A stretch of 64,000 nucleotides of DNA from Felis catus (Eukaryota): positions 134,666,001 through 134,730,000 of the forward strand of contig NC_058368.1 of NCBI RefSeq assembly GCF_018350175.1, given 5' to 3'. This document shows positions 26,331 through 39,607 of this stretch, piece after piece. How positions within the stretch are numbered: position 1 is the stretch's first letter; each line of letters begins with the position of its first letter. The translations under genes were made by a program, and so were the position numbers. The notes under the pieces were generated by a model. The model made no database searches. It saw only the letters and a program-made list of their open reading frames with translations, and was not told where the DNA came from.

Positions 26331-28199
26331 AATGTACAAAGAAAAATGGAGTATAAATTTGATATCTCCATTTCTTGTAATAACCCATATATGTGGGTTT
26401 CTCTTTTCATTACTCTATTGAAATTGTCCCCTCCAAGGCCATGCTGAACTCTTGCCTCATGACTCTCCATTACCCTTTCTGGCCTTCCTTTAGGACTCAA
26501 AACTGTTGTGTGGCTTTTCCAACACTTGCATTAGTCTGCTCTAATGATTTCACTGTCTTCATCTTCTCTGTTTCTCTTCCCCACTTCATAAATATTGATA
26601 TCCCTTAGGATTTCATCATGGTCCTTGTTCTTTCCTTGCTGTACATCATCTCTCTGGCGATTTCATGTGAATCCATGTCTAATGATGGCCAAATGTGTGC
26701 ATGTAACCACCTCTTTTCTGGGATCCAGATACATATTTCTAAGGAACTTGAACTTTAAAAAAACAAGCCTAAGATTCTAATCCTGGAAAAAGCAAGAGAT
26801 GTAGTGATAATATTTTCTCTATGGAAAGAAAAGAGGAAATGAAGAAGACAGAATTTCAAGAAGGGAGTAGTCACCTGGTTCAGATACCATGGTAACGTCA
26901 AATAAGATAGGAATGCAAGTATTCTTTAGACGGCTAGTTGGAAGTCACAAGAGCCTTGACAAGAGCAATTTGGGATGTCAAATGCACCATGAAGTGGTTG
27001 ATGAGTGAGATAGAAGAGAAAAAATACCAACTGTGAATGTAGAAAAGTTACAGCAACTTAACTGTAGAAGCAAGGGAAGAGAGAAGTAATAAGGAAGACA
27101 TCTCGAGAAGGGTGTGCTTTATGGACTAAAGAGAAGGCATCAGACCAGGGTACCATAGATACAGATGAGAGGAAGACATTTGCTGATCACATATTGTGGA
27201 TGAATGAGGCTCACAGGAGAAGAGTCACCTCTGCCTTTGACTAGGGATGATGGGGGCCAGGGTAGTGGTGGCCAGGTTCTAGCTGACTAACAAAACAGGC
27301 AAGTATTCAGAGGAGTTCCCACTAAATGCTGTATTTTTCCTCTTTAAAATAGGAAAATAAGAGGTCAAGTCATATTCTGAGGCCCAGAGAGAAAATGGTG
27401 AGAATTTTCAGGAGATAAGAGAAAGACCTCCAACTCATGCTTTCACGCCTCTTGCAAGCTGTTGCTGGAGAGACGTTTCTAAAAAATAGACCTAATCATG
27501 ACACTTTGGGGCTCACCATTTCCCGCAGGATGGAAACCTCCCCCATGGCAGGTTGTGTAAAACCTTCCATCACACAGCTCTCAGTCTCTCTTCAGTCTGT
27601 CACCGCCACCTTTCCCGCTTCTAGCAACAACATTTTTCAAACATGCCACATGCCAGAGCTCTCTAGAATTTTCTTAATCCCATTTCTCTGCCTAGAAGAC
27701 TGCCATCCACCCTTCAGTATCCAGTTTAAGAGTTTCTAATTATTCCTAGATATATCTTATTTTTCTTAACCTGTTTTTCCTTTGCCCCAATTTCCCCCCT
27801 GATTTGTTTATGCATGTATTTACTTTTACGCTTTCACTCTTAAGTATTTCTGTATAGTGTCTCAAATCTTCTGGGGGGGGGGGTTCGTTCAATTATTTCA
27901 TTAATAGGCAAGTTCATTTATATTATACACAAAATATCATCTGTAATTTCAAGAAGCTCCCAGGACAGTGTGACCTGTGGTGTGATAGAAGGCTGACTGA
28001 GCTACCACTGGAGGAAGAGAGAGACAGAGGCAGATGAGGAGGGGAGAGGAGGCCAATGAAGGCTTTGTATTTCTATGCATGTTACTGCCCTCTTACAAAG
28101 GGGTTCCACAGTAAGCTCCATGAAGGTCAAGGTGGAGCCTTGTCCAATAGGGTGTCCCCACGACATAGCATGTTGACTGTCGCAGTGTTGTTACTCAGT

Positions 28200-30400
28200 A
28201 TGGTTAAACTCTCCTTGTATTGAAGAAGTCATTCTTCTTCCTTTCAGGAATTTATGGGCTCCTGATGTCATTTGTTTCAAGTAGAAAGGTTAATCATTCT
28301 TTCTAATGCTTTGTCCCTTCCTGAAAGATCTCTTCACGGCCCTGGAGAGAAAAAAAAAGTCCTTTCTGATGCCATTCTGAAAGTCATTCCCACCCTCCCC
28401 ACTGCCACCTTTTTCTTGCTCTGGTCCTCTGTCTCCTTAATCCTGTATTCAACTTCCTCTATCACTAAGGCCCAGCCAAGTGTCAGTGCCTCTTCTGTGC
28501 TCAACAACATGAATTTGGCTTCTTTCTTCCTGTGTCTCTTTTTTATAAACTAATAATTTGTTACGTTGCCTAAAAAGCAGTATCTGTGTACATTTTGCAG
28601 AACTTTTTCTTCTTAATTGAAAAGAGAGAAATGAGAAGAAAAAAAGCCCTGCTTTCCCCCTTTCAAGACAGTTCTTGCACATCACTGTTTGGTGCTCAAT
28701 CTAGCGTGACTTCTACTTTATATATTTGGGTTGCAAAATAGCAGAGTCACTGTTATCTGTCTAATTCGAAATCATGATTTTCCTCTCAACTGTTCTAATC
28801 TAGGTTCTGCCAGCAGATGGGTTTCCACCTAAAATAAGACTAGCTTCTCGCCTACTGGTTTTCTGTTTAAATTCTTTTTTATAGGAAGATGAAAGCCTAG
28901 GGGTTGAAATTTTCACTTTTTCTGTGATTACTTGTTGCAGAAGTTTCCAGACTTGAGATTTGCAGCTGCAAAACATACACCTGCAGAAGCGGCAAGTACT
29001 CAGTCTTACTGCTGTCCATGCCCAAGGTTGGGATTGAGTCTGGTGGTCCTAGGCACACTGTGCCTCTCTTAACACACCTGCTCTTGATGGTTCTAGACAC
29101 CGTTTTTTCCTTAAGGTGGGAGTCATACTCCTGCAATAAAGCCCTCTCTTTCAAACCATTCATGTCTTTTAGGTTTTGCGTGCATTCCCCTTTCCTCCAA
29201 AGACTAATTTTCAACAACAGGGCAACTGTTCTTGTATTAAAATTCCCTCCTTATCAAATAAAAATACGTTTGGGATGCCAGTATTTCTTGGAGTGAGGAG
29301 ATGAGCGTCCAAGACTCATTTTAGAGTCATAGTGAGCAATCACTATGGAAGGTGCATTCAGTGAACTGCTGAGTTGTTTGGTTTCCCTGATGCAGAGACG
29401 CAACTTTGGGGTCAAATGGAATTTTACAGAACAATAGAGAAAAAGTTGAGAGCCACCACCTTCTCAGCTCTTCCCCCAGGCAGCTCTTGGCCTTTCTTCT
29501 AAATAAATGTTGATCAAACATTTTGTTTTAATTTTTTTTAATGTTTGTTTATTTTTGAGAGAGAGAGAGAGAGAGAGAGAGAGCGGAGGAGGGGCAGAGA
29601 GAGAGGGAGACACAGAATCCGAAGCAGGCTCCAGGCTCCGAACTGCCAGCACGGAGCCCGATGCGGGGCTCCAACCCACGAACTGTGAGATCATGACCTG
29701 AGCTGAAGTCGGACGCTTAACTGACTGAGCCACCCAGGCGCCCCTGATCAAACATTTTAATAGCACTGTTTGAAGGGGTGCTAAGTTATTAGTCTTCCAG
29801 AGGACCCCATGTCTTGGTTTCCTTGCTTGGTGGAAATAGTTGGGGACTCATCACCTCTTAAAACTAGCTTGTGTTGCTTTTTCCCAAATGCGTTCCCTTA
29901 TCGTTGCCAGCACGCAGACTCATCAGTCACTTCTTTGATGACATGTATTCTCCTAAGGCATTCTCAAGTTGTCCCTCTTTTGACTTGGCATTCTAATTCT
30001 GAGAAAAATTTCATTGTGAACGCTCTTTTCCCAAACATGCTAAATAAAACTGAGCTGTGCACCATTTGGGGTCCCCCCTCCATATTCCCTCCCCATTCAG
30101 AGAAGGACCCATTTTCTCTGGGTGGAACGTTATAAACATATGGAATTCGTTACTAGAAGAGTTGGTTCAGGATGTTTCTGATCCCTAAGCCAGTTCCCTA
30201 CCCATGACAAAACATTCCCCACAATCTCATCATGACTCATTTTTATTTTTAAATAACCTCTGGTGTGGAACTTTGTCAAGGCTTTTCGAAAGGTTAAAGA
30301 AATTATGTCCGCATGCTTACTGACCCTCTCAGAGAATTTTAGTAAATTAAGCACATTCTCTCCTAACAGAAATCCCTGGCTGTGTTTGCCAAATAGCCCA
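28200..30400 (-). mobile_element. Long ancient CR1/L3 LINE fossil (reverse transcriptase region), rearranged
   Basis: ORF 30130-30354 (NLLKFSERVSKHADIISLTFRKALTKF...GNVLSWVGNWLRDQK) resembles CR1 RT (NLLEFFE.VTK..DIIYLDFQKAFDKV...GKVLSWI.NWLKDRKQ). It continues as ENGSFSEW...GGPQ...VLFSMF (cf. NGQFSEW..SGVPQGSVLGPVLFNIF). Weaker CR1 C-terminal similarity at 28200-28550. Confidence 0.75.
29520..29743 (-). mobile_element. Can-SINE (SINEC_Fc) inserted in the CR1 fossil
   Basis: SINE consensus; TSD tgatcaaacatttt. Confidence 0.95.
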
Positions 30401-31224
30401 TGACTGCCCTGTAATTCATGAACATGAATTTATCTAAATCTTAATCTGTGCTTATCATTATGCGCAGCCCTATGAGGGGCTAGAAAGGATATGAAGACAT
30501 AAAGGTATGAAGGCACAGTCTTTGGTATTAAGCAGTTTATAGTTGAGTTAGGCTAAAATAAGTCACAAGATCATTGGTCAACATGATACACAAGGGCGGT
30601 GGTGACCTAAATTATGAAAGGAGTTCAGAAAATGAAGAAACAAGTGTGTTCCAAGGAACATGGTAGAATCTTCACAAAGGAGAGAGCCCTTGATATGGAT
30701 CTTGAGAGCTGAGTAGAGACGCTTTCTAGATGCTTTCTAGAGATGGGCAGAAGGGGAAGAAAGAGGCTGCAGGGGGTTTCCAGGCGTTTCAGAAAGAAAA
30801 GGAGGGGAAACAGCATGAGCAGAGACTTGGGATAGGATCGTCTATTTAGAGTAGAGGAAATACGTGAAGGAGTCTGGTAAGTTGAGAGAAACCAAACTGA
30901 GAAAGGCCTGGAGCATCCGGCCGTAAGAGGTAGAACCTGATATGATAGGTGAGTTATCAAGGGCTTTGACCACAGTTAAGAACTTAATAGCGCTGAGAAA
31001 AGAAGGTGTTCAGCAGTGGGAAACAGAAACAGTTTATTGTAGGGCTATCACAGCAAGCCAAAATTGAGAACGGAGCATGAAAGACATTTTTTTACATATG
31101 TCAGACAGAATAAACATGAATAAAGGCAGAAATGAAAGCACTTGAGAAGAAATGGAAGTGGCAAGGAATGGAAATAACGGACATAACGTTGTAAAGGAAT
31201 GACTCCTGGTACCCAAATCTATGT

Positions 31225-31635
31225 TCGCTAGGGTTGTCATAACAAAGTAGTGCAAAACAGGGGGGCTTCAAATAGCAAACGTATTTTCTCACACTTCCGG
31301 GGGCTCACAGTCCAAAATCAAAGTGTTGGCAGGGCCACACTCCCTCCAAAGACTCTGACGAAGAATCCCGCCTTGCCCCTTCCAGCTTCTGGTGGCTGTC
31401 AACCTCCTTGGCATTCCTTGGTTTGTGGCCGCACAACTCCAAACGCAGCCTCCATCGACAGTGGATTTCCTGCCTGTTTGTCTGTCTCTGTTATGTCGTC
31501 ATGCAGGCCCACACTAATCTAGTATGACTTCATCTTAAAGCATTACATCTGCAAAGACCCTAATTCTAAATAAGGTCACCTTCTGAGGTTCTGCATGGCC
31601 ATGAATTTGGGGGGAACACCATTGAAGCCAGTGCA
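31225..31635. mobile_element. MaLR LTR (MLT1-like)
   Basis: 'ctagggttgtcataacaaagta...tccaaaatcaaagtgttggcagggccacactccctc...tacatctgcaaagaccct...aataaggtcaccttctgaggtt'. Confidence 0.8.
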
Positions 31636-34600
31636 CAGAGTGAAATCCAGAAAGCATGTGGAGGGGCTAGTTTTGCAGGACCTCAAGGAGAGGAAAAGAT
31701 AGGGACGGAAAAGCTTCTCTCTCCCTCGTATGTGGAGCTGGACCTAAAAACTAAACTGACAACACAGATTAACAGGAGAACAGCACACAGATTGTACTAA
31801 ATATTTTTACATATACACAGGAGTCTTCAAGTAGAAAATAAAAACTCGAAGAAGCCATTAGGCCCCAAAGCTTACTGAACTGTCAACCATCGTTTTATTT
31901 AAATTATTCTCCTCTCTTCCAAAGAATCTAATAACTTGGGGCAGAGGAGACCAGGGAGGACAATCCCAATTCTCTCAATCTCCTCTTGGAAATCACTAAT
32001 GCTGTCCAACTCTTTTACTGTAAGTGAGGAGATGAGGGAAACAAAGTCCTTGCCCAAGAACATGTTTTGTTACAGCTGAGAGTCGGTAAGATCCAAGCCC
32101 ATTCACATCCCAGGCAATGACCTTCCCACCCCCCTATGCAAGAGCCAGGCTTGGTTTGGCATCCTCAGTCACCCTCAGTAAATGAGAGCCATTTTCCACA
32201 GCTACTTTCACAACATTTTGGGAACATTCAGGCAGCTGACGTTGGTATTATAAGCCTCCCACAACAGTCACGGACACCAGGTCTCCTGGTGGTGTTGTAT
32301 AAATTCACTAGAACAGCTGGCTCACCCCAGTTTTCCTTGTGATATGTTTGAATATACACTGGCTGGAACAGGTTGGCCTTGCCGTTGGTTCCTGTTACCG
32401 AGACCCAAGCGTAAAACCACACCAAACCACCAGGTCACTCTTGGATCCCCTCTACCGTCACGATCTATCCAACAAATTTCCAAGGAAACAAATGCAGTCA
32501 CCCTGAAAGGTATCCGAATTAGACTTAAAACCCCTATGAGGTGTGCTCTTTATTGCCTGTATGTCGTGAGTCAATAAAAAGCTGGTGGGTTTTTTTCAAA
32601 AAAAGCGCTGAGGACAAATGGAAATCCACATGCCATTCAAGTGGAGAATCTGGATTTCTTGCACCACTTGGAAAGCGGGCCTTCAGCCTTAAAAAGATGC
32701 CACTTCCACTGCCTTTGGCCCCAAGTTTTTACATTCAACTTTCCTAATGTCTCTAGGGGTTTTTCTGTGTAGTTATGTTTTATATTAATAGGCCTCGGTA
32801 AAAGTATTTCTTTCCCATTAATTCAGCTAATCCCAGACCCGAAGGAAAACCTGCAACAAAAGAAAAATGTACAGTTAATGTTGAGGTAAGTCCTAAAGAT
32901 AAATTCGTATGGGTGTATTTTGAGGGGGTGGGGAGGCCATTCATTAAAACTGCTTTGAAGATAATTCCTATTGGTTTTGTTATTTGGTTCTTTAAAAACC
33001 TGCCTGTTCCATGGTTTATTCCACTTTATTGGGAGTGGACCATGTGTTTCGAGATTCACGCAAAAGGCCCATCTGGGCTTGAAATCCTCCCCTGCCACTT
33101 ACTAACTCTGACCTTCGGCAAGGTGACTAACCTTTTTGCACCGCTGGTTCCTCATCTGTAGATTTAGGAGTAACATCTAAATCATGGAACGTTGGCGAGG
33201 ATTACATTAAGTGAGACAGTTTAGGTAAATCATTCAGTACAGTCATGCGTGGTACATCACATTCACTCAAATACTCTTACTATCATTATCATCATTAATA
33301 TATTTTTTCATTATTATGCCCTGAGCTTTTCTCCTGCCTGTAACGTATCCTAAAAAAACCCATACTTGCCCCAAAGTAATTTTTATGGCAATTCCAGCAT
33401 ATGGTACGACTAGTAAATAACAGGGTACTAGTCAAAAATCAGGCCCCTCATCTACCTTCATTTTGTAAGTAGACCATCCCGTTTATTCAATGGCCATTTA
33501 TACAATTTTTATTATGTACACAGCAATATCTATGTATGTCCCAAACTAATATACCTTTTCCTCATTTTGGCTCATTTCTTTTTAAGAGAATACCATGTAT
33601 CTCAAGAACTACTTCTGAAGGATCAGTGTAATATTGCTTTAGTTAGGATATGACTGTCACACTTGTTTGACCTCAAATGTCTTTCGCGGGTTGAAGTGAG
33701 ATAAAGTGCTCATTGTTCAGAATGGGCATCAGGAGTCTACAAATCCAGTGTTAGTCATGCAACAAATAAACTAGTCCTGTGATTGCAGAAAAGTCATTTC
33801 ACCCCGCTGGGCATCGATTTCCATGATCATGAAAAGACGGTCTTCAATTAGCCCAGTGATTTTTCATTGCTTGGGTGAACTGGACTCATGAGTGGATCTA
33901 ATGATATCATTAATCCCTCTCTAGAAACATAAGCATACAAATTCATAATGAACATTCAATGTTAAAAAGTCCTTGGTCTTCCATGATGCCCACCTGGGAA
34001 CCTCGGAGGCCCGTGGGCCGCAGGTGCAGCGTCCCTGGGCCAGAACAAGGATTTTTGTTTTACTATTTTGAAATTTTAAACCACACCACTAACACACAGC
34101 CTCTACTCAGAAATAACAGGATTGAGGTCTCTTCCTAGCTAACGTGTCATTTCATACCTCCAGATAACTAATCTTCCAACACTTTCTCTCATGGCAGTTT
34201 TTGTCCAAATATGCTGATAGGAACACAATATTTCAGGGAAAACATTTGCAACCAAAACCGTTGGGCAGATTTGAGTAATCACTTAATATTAATTCCATGC
34301 AAACTAATTAAGAGACTTGCCCTCAGGGCCACAGCGTCCCACTCATTACCACAAGTGGACATGTGTTCATATTCTTGGGCTTCCATTTTTCAATGTGACT
34401 ATTTTCACCAGAAGTATGTGGCATGTCTTCTTATATGAAGACAGAAGCCAAGGGAAAAGTGGAAGTGTTGCTGACCACCAACTATTTCGAAGTGGGATAG
34501 GAAGGGTAGTGGGTAAAGAGGAACAGAAGGTTCCAAGAGACCAGACAATAAAGCAGAATATTCAAATTTTAAAATAACGCTATTGCAATTGATCCTTGTT

Positions 34601-34754
34601 TCATGGACCAATCCAGTTGACCTCAGAGATCAGAATGAACCAACCTCTCACACACCATACATGGTCTCTCTCTCTCTCACATCACACACACATACACACA
34701 CACACACAGATGATTGACAATACCTGTCCTCAAGCCAAAGCCCAGGGGTAAGGA

Positions 34755-35400
34755 AATAGCATAGGCAGAATTCTAAAATGATCCCCAGTGATCCCCTCCC
34801 CTCGAGTGTCAAAATCTGAATATAATGACATGTCGCTTCCATGATTATGTCACACTAATATGGTAACAGGCATTTTGCAGATGTAACTCAGTTCCTAAAT
34901 CACTTGAGCTTAAGAGGGGGAGATTATCCAGGTGGGTGAGACCTTATCACATAAGATCTTTAAATCTTCGTCTAAAGATCAAAGACAGAAAAACTAGAAA
35001 TTTGTAGTGCAGATGGATTTGCTGTGATTTGATGGCTGGCTTGAAGGTGGAGGTTGCCCACTTGGTAAGGAATGTGGGTTGCTTGTAGAAGCTGAGAGCA
35101 GTCCCTAGCTGCAACTGACAAGCCAAAAAAAAAAAAAAAAAAAAGGCAATCTGAGTCCTACACCCGCAAGGAACTGAATTCTGCCAACAACTAGAACAAG
35201 CTTGGAGGTGGATTTTCCTCCGAAGTCTCTAGATGAGAACTCAGTCCAGACAGTACCTTGATTTCTGTCTTGTGACATCCTGAGCAGAGAATCTAGTGAT
35301 GCTGTGAAGGAGTACTGACCTTCACAACTAGCAGCTAATGAATGGGTATTGTTTTCAGCTGCTACACTTATTCATTACACAGCAACAGAAAACTAATGCA
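34755..35400. mobile_element. MaLR LTR (MLT1E/F-like)
   Basis: 'ggcagaattctaaaatgatcccc...ttttgcagatgtaa...gggagattatccaggtggg...aaggaactgaattctgccaacaac...acagcaacagaaaactaatgca'. Confidence 0.8.
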
Positions 35401-36584
35401 GGAGAAAAGTAGAAAGGTGTTTGTATCTTGACTCTTAATAATCAGGCATACGGAAAAGAAGATTTTTTTTTTTCTTTCCCTCTAGAAGCAAAATTCATAC
35501 AACCTCAGGCTGTGCTTGATTTCCCTAAGCAATAAAAAAAAGGCTATTTTATACTCTCAGAAATATTTATTGAGTCTCAGGTGATATTTTAAGAACTGTG
35601 TATAGAGGTATAAGCAAAATTACTAGGATTTGAGTTTTTAATACTTTAAACCAGTGTAGACCATTGGAGAAGTAGATGTGAAGCATTTCAGGTGACTTGG
35701 TTTAACACCCATGTCATTATCAGAGCATACATCTGCCTACATTTTAATACACACACATATATATAATTTACTTTTATAGTAATTTTTATAGTTTATTGGC
35801 TGTGTGTGTTTCAAACTTTCATCTGATTACATGCAGCATCTCACAAATAACATGATTTTTAATACGACTGTCTACTACATCAACTGAACGGTACATTCAA
35901 TTTTATACTAAATCTTGAGGTTGTTTGGGGGTAAATATGTTCGTTCATGAGATATTTGTTGAGCATCTACTGTGTGTCAGGCACACTCTTAGGCCTTAAA
36001 TCTATGAAGATTAAAAAGAAAAATAGTGACTTGATCTTACAGTCTACAGAGACCAACATACAAACAATCATACATGTATTATTATTATACATACGTAATT
36101 ATACATTTACATTGTTTTCCCCTCCCATCCCAAAGTACAGCATTCCTATGAGACTTTTAGTAAGCAGAAATGGCACAAAGTAGAGTAACTTCTGGTTTAC
36201 CAGTAAGCCACTTAGCTTTTATGAAAGACCTAAATTAGTACCTGTTCTCACTCACGAAGATAAATACAAAGGGGATTTTAGGAAACATCCTTTTTAGGAA
36301 AAAAAGCCTTTACCATATTCATGCAGGTGTTCCATAAAAAGGGAAGTGGCATAAGGCGCACTTTCGGAAAGCGGGGAATACCTGTATATGTATGTATCTA
36401 TTCGTACACATATTCAGACACATATAGGGCTGTAAGCTCCTTCTATATATGAATCTCTTTTTCTCTTTAAGGACAAACTCTATGCCCTCTGCAATAGTGC
36501 TCTTGCATCGCAAATAACACTTAAGGAAAATTACCAGAGTTTTAGAGTGACTGGAAGATGTTTTATTGCTTGCGGCTCCATGCT

Positions 36585-36760
36585 GAGATCCCAATTCCAG
36601 CACTGTGGGAGCTCTCACCAGGGTAGCAACCGCAATAGCCAATGGCAGGCCGTCTTCTGCCCCTGTTCTAGCCAATAGCTGACTTCCCCACCAGCTCCTT
36701 GCAGGGCCGGCGATTGGCGGAACATTGTATCACATGGTTGGAAACCGAGACCATCTGCAA
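36585..36760 (+). promoter_or_regulatory. Putative CpG-containing promoter with NF-Y (CCAAT) boxes and RFX X-box-like half-site
   Basis: CCAAT at 36639 and 36672 (33 bp apart), ATTGG at 36713, and GGTAGCAAC at 36622-36630. GC and CpG content is locally raised, and it lies immediately upstream of the first putative exon. Confidence 0.6.
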
Positions 36761-38053
36761 GGGATCCGCAGGCAGCAGGGGGTTGGACTAGAGCTGTGGG
36801 GGTGGCACCTGCAGCACCTGGCTCCGAGGACCTTTCTAGGAGGGCCTGGAAGCCAGGCCGCAGAGGCTCTGCAGCCCCGGCAGATGGGAGCTCTGGGGGA
36901 CCCAGACAGCTTCTCTGAGACCAGCACAAGCTGCGATCCCTGCTCCTTGACATGTATGATATTCCTGTTTACTGGCTATCTTTTTAGTTAAAAGAATGAT
37001 TTTCTGGTTTCAGCCCAGACGCTTTGGGATCATTACGTTTGCCCACTTTTCAAAGAGGAAAAGTGAGCGTTCTTGACCTACAGAGTAAGGAATGTGCAAT
37101 ATTGCAAAAACCTTGACAACGGAGGGGGTGGGGAAGAATCCTGTGGTCTACAGAGTTGGGTCAAGAGAAACTCACCTGCGAAGATCAGGAGAGAGCAGAG
37201 GTTGGTTTTTACTGAAAATAAAATCAGTACGACTATGGCACAGAGACTAACTTGTGGGATTTACCAAGGTTTACTTCCTAGTATTACCAGTCCAGTGAAT
37301 GACCAAGGGGGCCATTTTTTAGGTCATGAAAAACTTACTTTGATTAACTCCAAATGTTACAGTAAATCATTTTTTTGTAAATGTCTTCTCACCAGTTAGG
37401 TTTTTTTCTTTAGTAGAGGAAATTTGAAATTCACAAGAATTTCCTTATTCCCCAAATGGTAAATTCAAAGTACCTAAAGTACAGAAACTTTGGTAACTGA
37501 AAATGAAGTGAAATGAGTTTGGTGAGATTCACTGCAAACTAAACGAGAACTATGTTTATATATGGTTTTACATTGTTTTACCTTTTTGTTTTCAGTATTT
37601 CTCTTAAAATGCTACCAGTAATATTTATCATTGTTTTCGGCAACCCAGGTTTGGATTTTTTCAATGCGGAAATTCCCTAACATGGTGAAATCTGTCTCCT
37701 AGTAGGAAAGCTTAAAATACCAGCTCCGCACTTCCCTAGCAGGGCAGGCAGCTAGGGCAGGGCCACGTGATTGATATAAAATTGATAAAGTGTTATAAAT
37801 CTGACTTCTAAAGAAAGTTTACATTTTGTTATCAAAGAGTTGGGAATGCCCTGTCCTTAAAAATTTTTGTGGCTGGCTCCCTCTTATTATCTGGAGCTTA
37901 GAGATGTCTTTGCAGACCGCCCTACCCCCACCGTGCCACCTTACACATCTGCAGGAAAAGGTTGCTTTGGGTCCCTACTGTGCCATAGTGTTAAAGGCAG
38001 GAATGGATTCATCATACTTGTGGAATTGATTTTGGTGTCTTTATTTTTTAAAA

Positions 38054-38440
38054 ATGCATTTTTTCTAGACCTAGAAACAAGTGGTCTGTTGAAGTGAAAG
38101 CATCTTTTGAAGGGAGTATAGTATTTCTTAACTACGTGTTCCACTGCTTATTTTCAGGATGTCTTGGAGATTCCATCTTTATAAAAAAATTCAACTGATT
38201 TTTTCCCCCAAAAGTATGCTGTGTTCTTTAAATTATGGTTTTTGTTTTTTTTTGTTTTTTTGTTTTTTTTAAGTGTCATCCAGGCACTTGGGTGGCTCAG
38301 TTGGTTGAGCATCCAATTCTTAGTTTCAGCTCAGGTCATGATCCTAGGGTTGTGGGATCGAGTCCTGCATCCGCCTCCACGGTGAGTGTGGGGCCTGCTT
38401 AAGATTCTCTCTTTCCTTCTCTCTCTCTCTCTCTCTCTCT
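38054..38440 (+). repeat. Local duplicate (copy 1) of putative exon 2 plus downstream SINE
   Basis: Aligns to 39154-39570: 'ttctagacctagaaacaagtg...ttttttcccccaaaagtatgctg' followed by the same SINE variant. Confidence 0.9.
38280..38440 (+). mobile_element. Can-SINE, truncated at (CT)n (duplicated copy)
   Basis: Shares the diagnostic 'catgatcctagggttgtgggatcgagtcc' with the 39379 copy and lacks a tail. Confidence 0.9.
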
Positions 38441-39378
38441 AGGACCTGTGGCAAGATCCTCATTGAACAAATGGTGTCTCAGAGGTAGGTAGAAGTAGTC
38501 CTCTTCACAGCCTTAAAATGGAATGTCTGGGAAATTATCAGGGACCAGCCTGAAAAATAGATGAAATCCCAATGGCAGATGAGAGCACAGGCTTGAGAGG
38601 GCCTGCAAAAACTACCGAGAGCTTGATAGCGGCTCAAGATAATGACTTCTCTTAGAGCCCGATAAATATAACAATATGTTGTGTTATGCTTAGTGTGTCT
38701 GGTACTCAAAAGCGAGAATCAAAGAAAAACTGAAATTGGAGTCAGCTGTCCTAACTGGAAAAGGCACCTCTGGGGTGACTATGAACTGCTTTTTCATGCA
38801 ATTGAGCACTGCATTAGATAGAATCACTAGCCTGCAGCCCGGGACGGTGCTGTAATCGTCAGTGGTGAGAGGGGATTATCGGCTTTCAGGCTGCTAGAGA
38901 GTCAGGTGGTACCAACACGGTAAAGTGGCTCAATATTTGGATGGTCGATTTTTTTTTTCTCTTCCCTCAGTTTTCAAATGTTAAAGGGCCAGAGGAAAGG
39001 GCAAAAAATGTATTGAAAGTTAAGAACAACAGAAAAAGAATAAGAGTGCCGCATGAGTTAACTTTTCCTAAGTTATTGTTAGGAAGAAACCACATTTTAT
39101 TAAAGTCAGAATTTTGCAATTGTGTGAGCAAACTAACATCCGCGTAACCCAGCGTGCTTTCTTTCTAGACCTAGAAACAAGTGATCTACTGAAGTGAAAG
39201 CATCGTTTGATATGAGTAGGGTACTTATTTCTGAACTACGTGCTCTACGGGAGCTATCCCACTGATTATTTTCAGGGTGTCTTGAAAGTTCCACCTTTAT
39301 AAAAAATTCAACTGAGATTTTTTCCCCCAAAAGTATGCTGTATTCTTTAAATTAGGGTATTTCTTTTAGAGTGTTGTC

Positions 39379-39542
39379 CGGGTGCCTGGGTGGCTGAATC
39401 GGTTGAGCGTCCAACTCTTAGTTTCTACTCAGGTCATGATCCTAGGGTTGTGGGATCGAGTCCCACATCGGGCTCCATGGTGAATGTGGAGCCTGCTTAA
39501 GATTCTCTTTCCCCACCTCTCTCTCCCCCTCTCCCCTGCTCG

Positions 39543-39591
<49 letters not shown>

Positions 39592-39607
39592 AGATTAAAA
39601 AAAAAAA
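39379..39607 (+). mobile_element. Can-SINE (full copy)
   Basis: Head, (CT)n and poly(A), followed by TSD-like aagtgtcat. Confidence 0.92.

Noticed and set aside
36725..36991. 88-aa + strand ORF (..MVGNRDHLQG..) as the true first coding exon
   Set aside because: Spliced to exon 2 in this frame it stops after 9 codons. The other frame (36760 onward) joins the long exon 2 frame and is preferred, though not proven.
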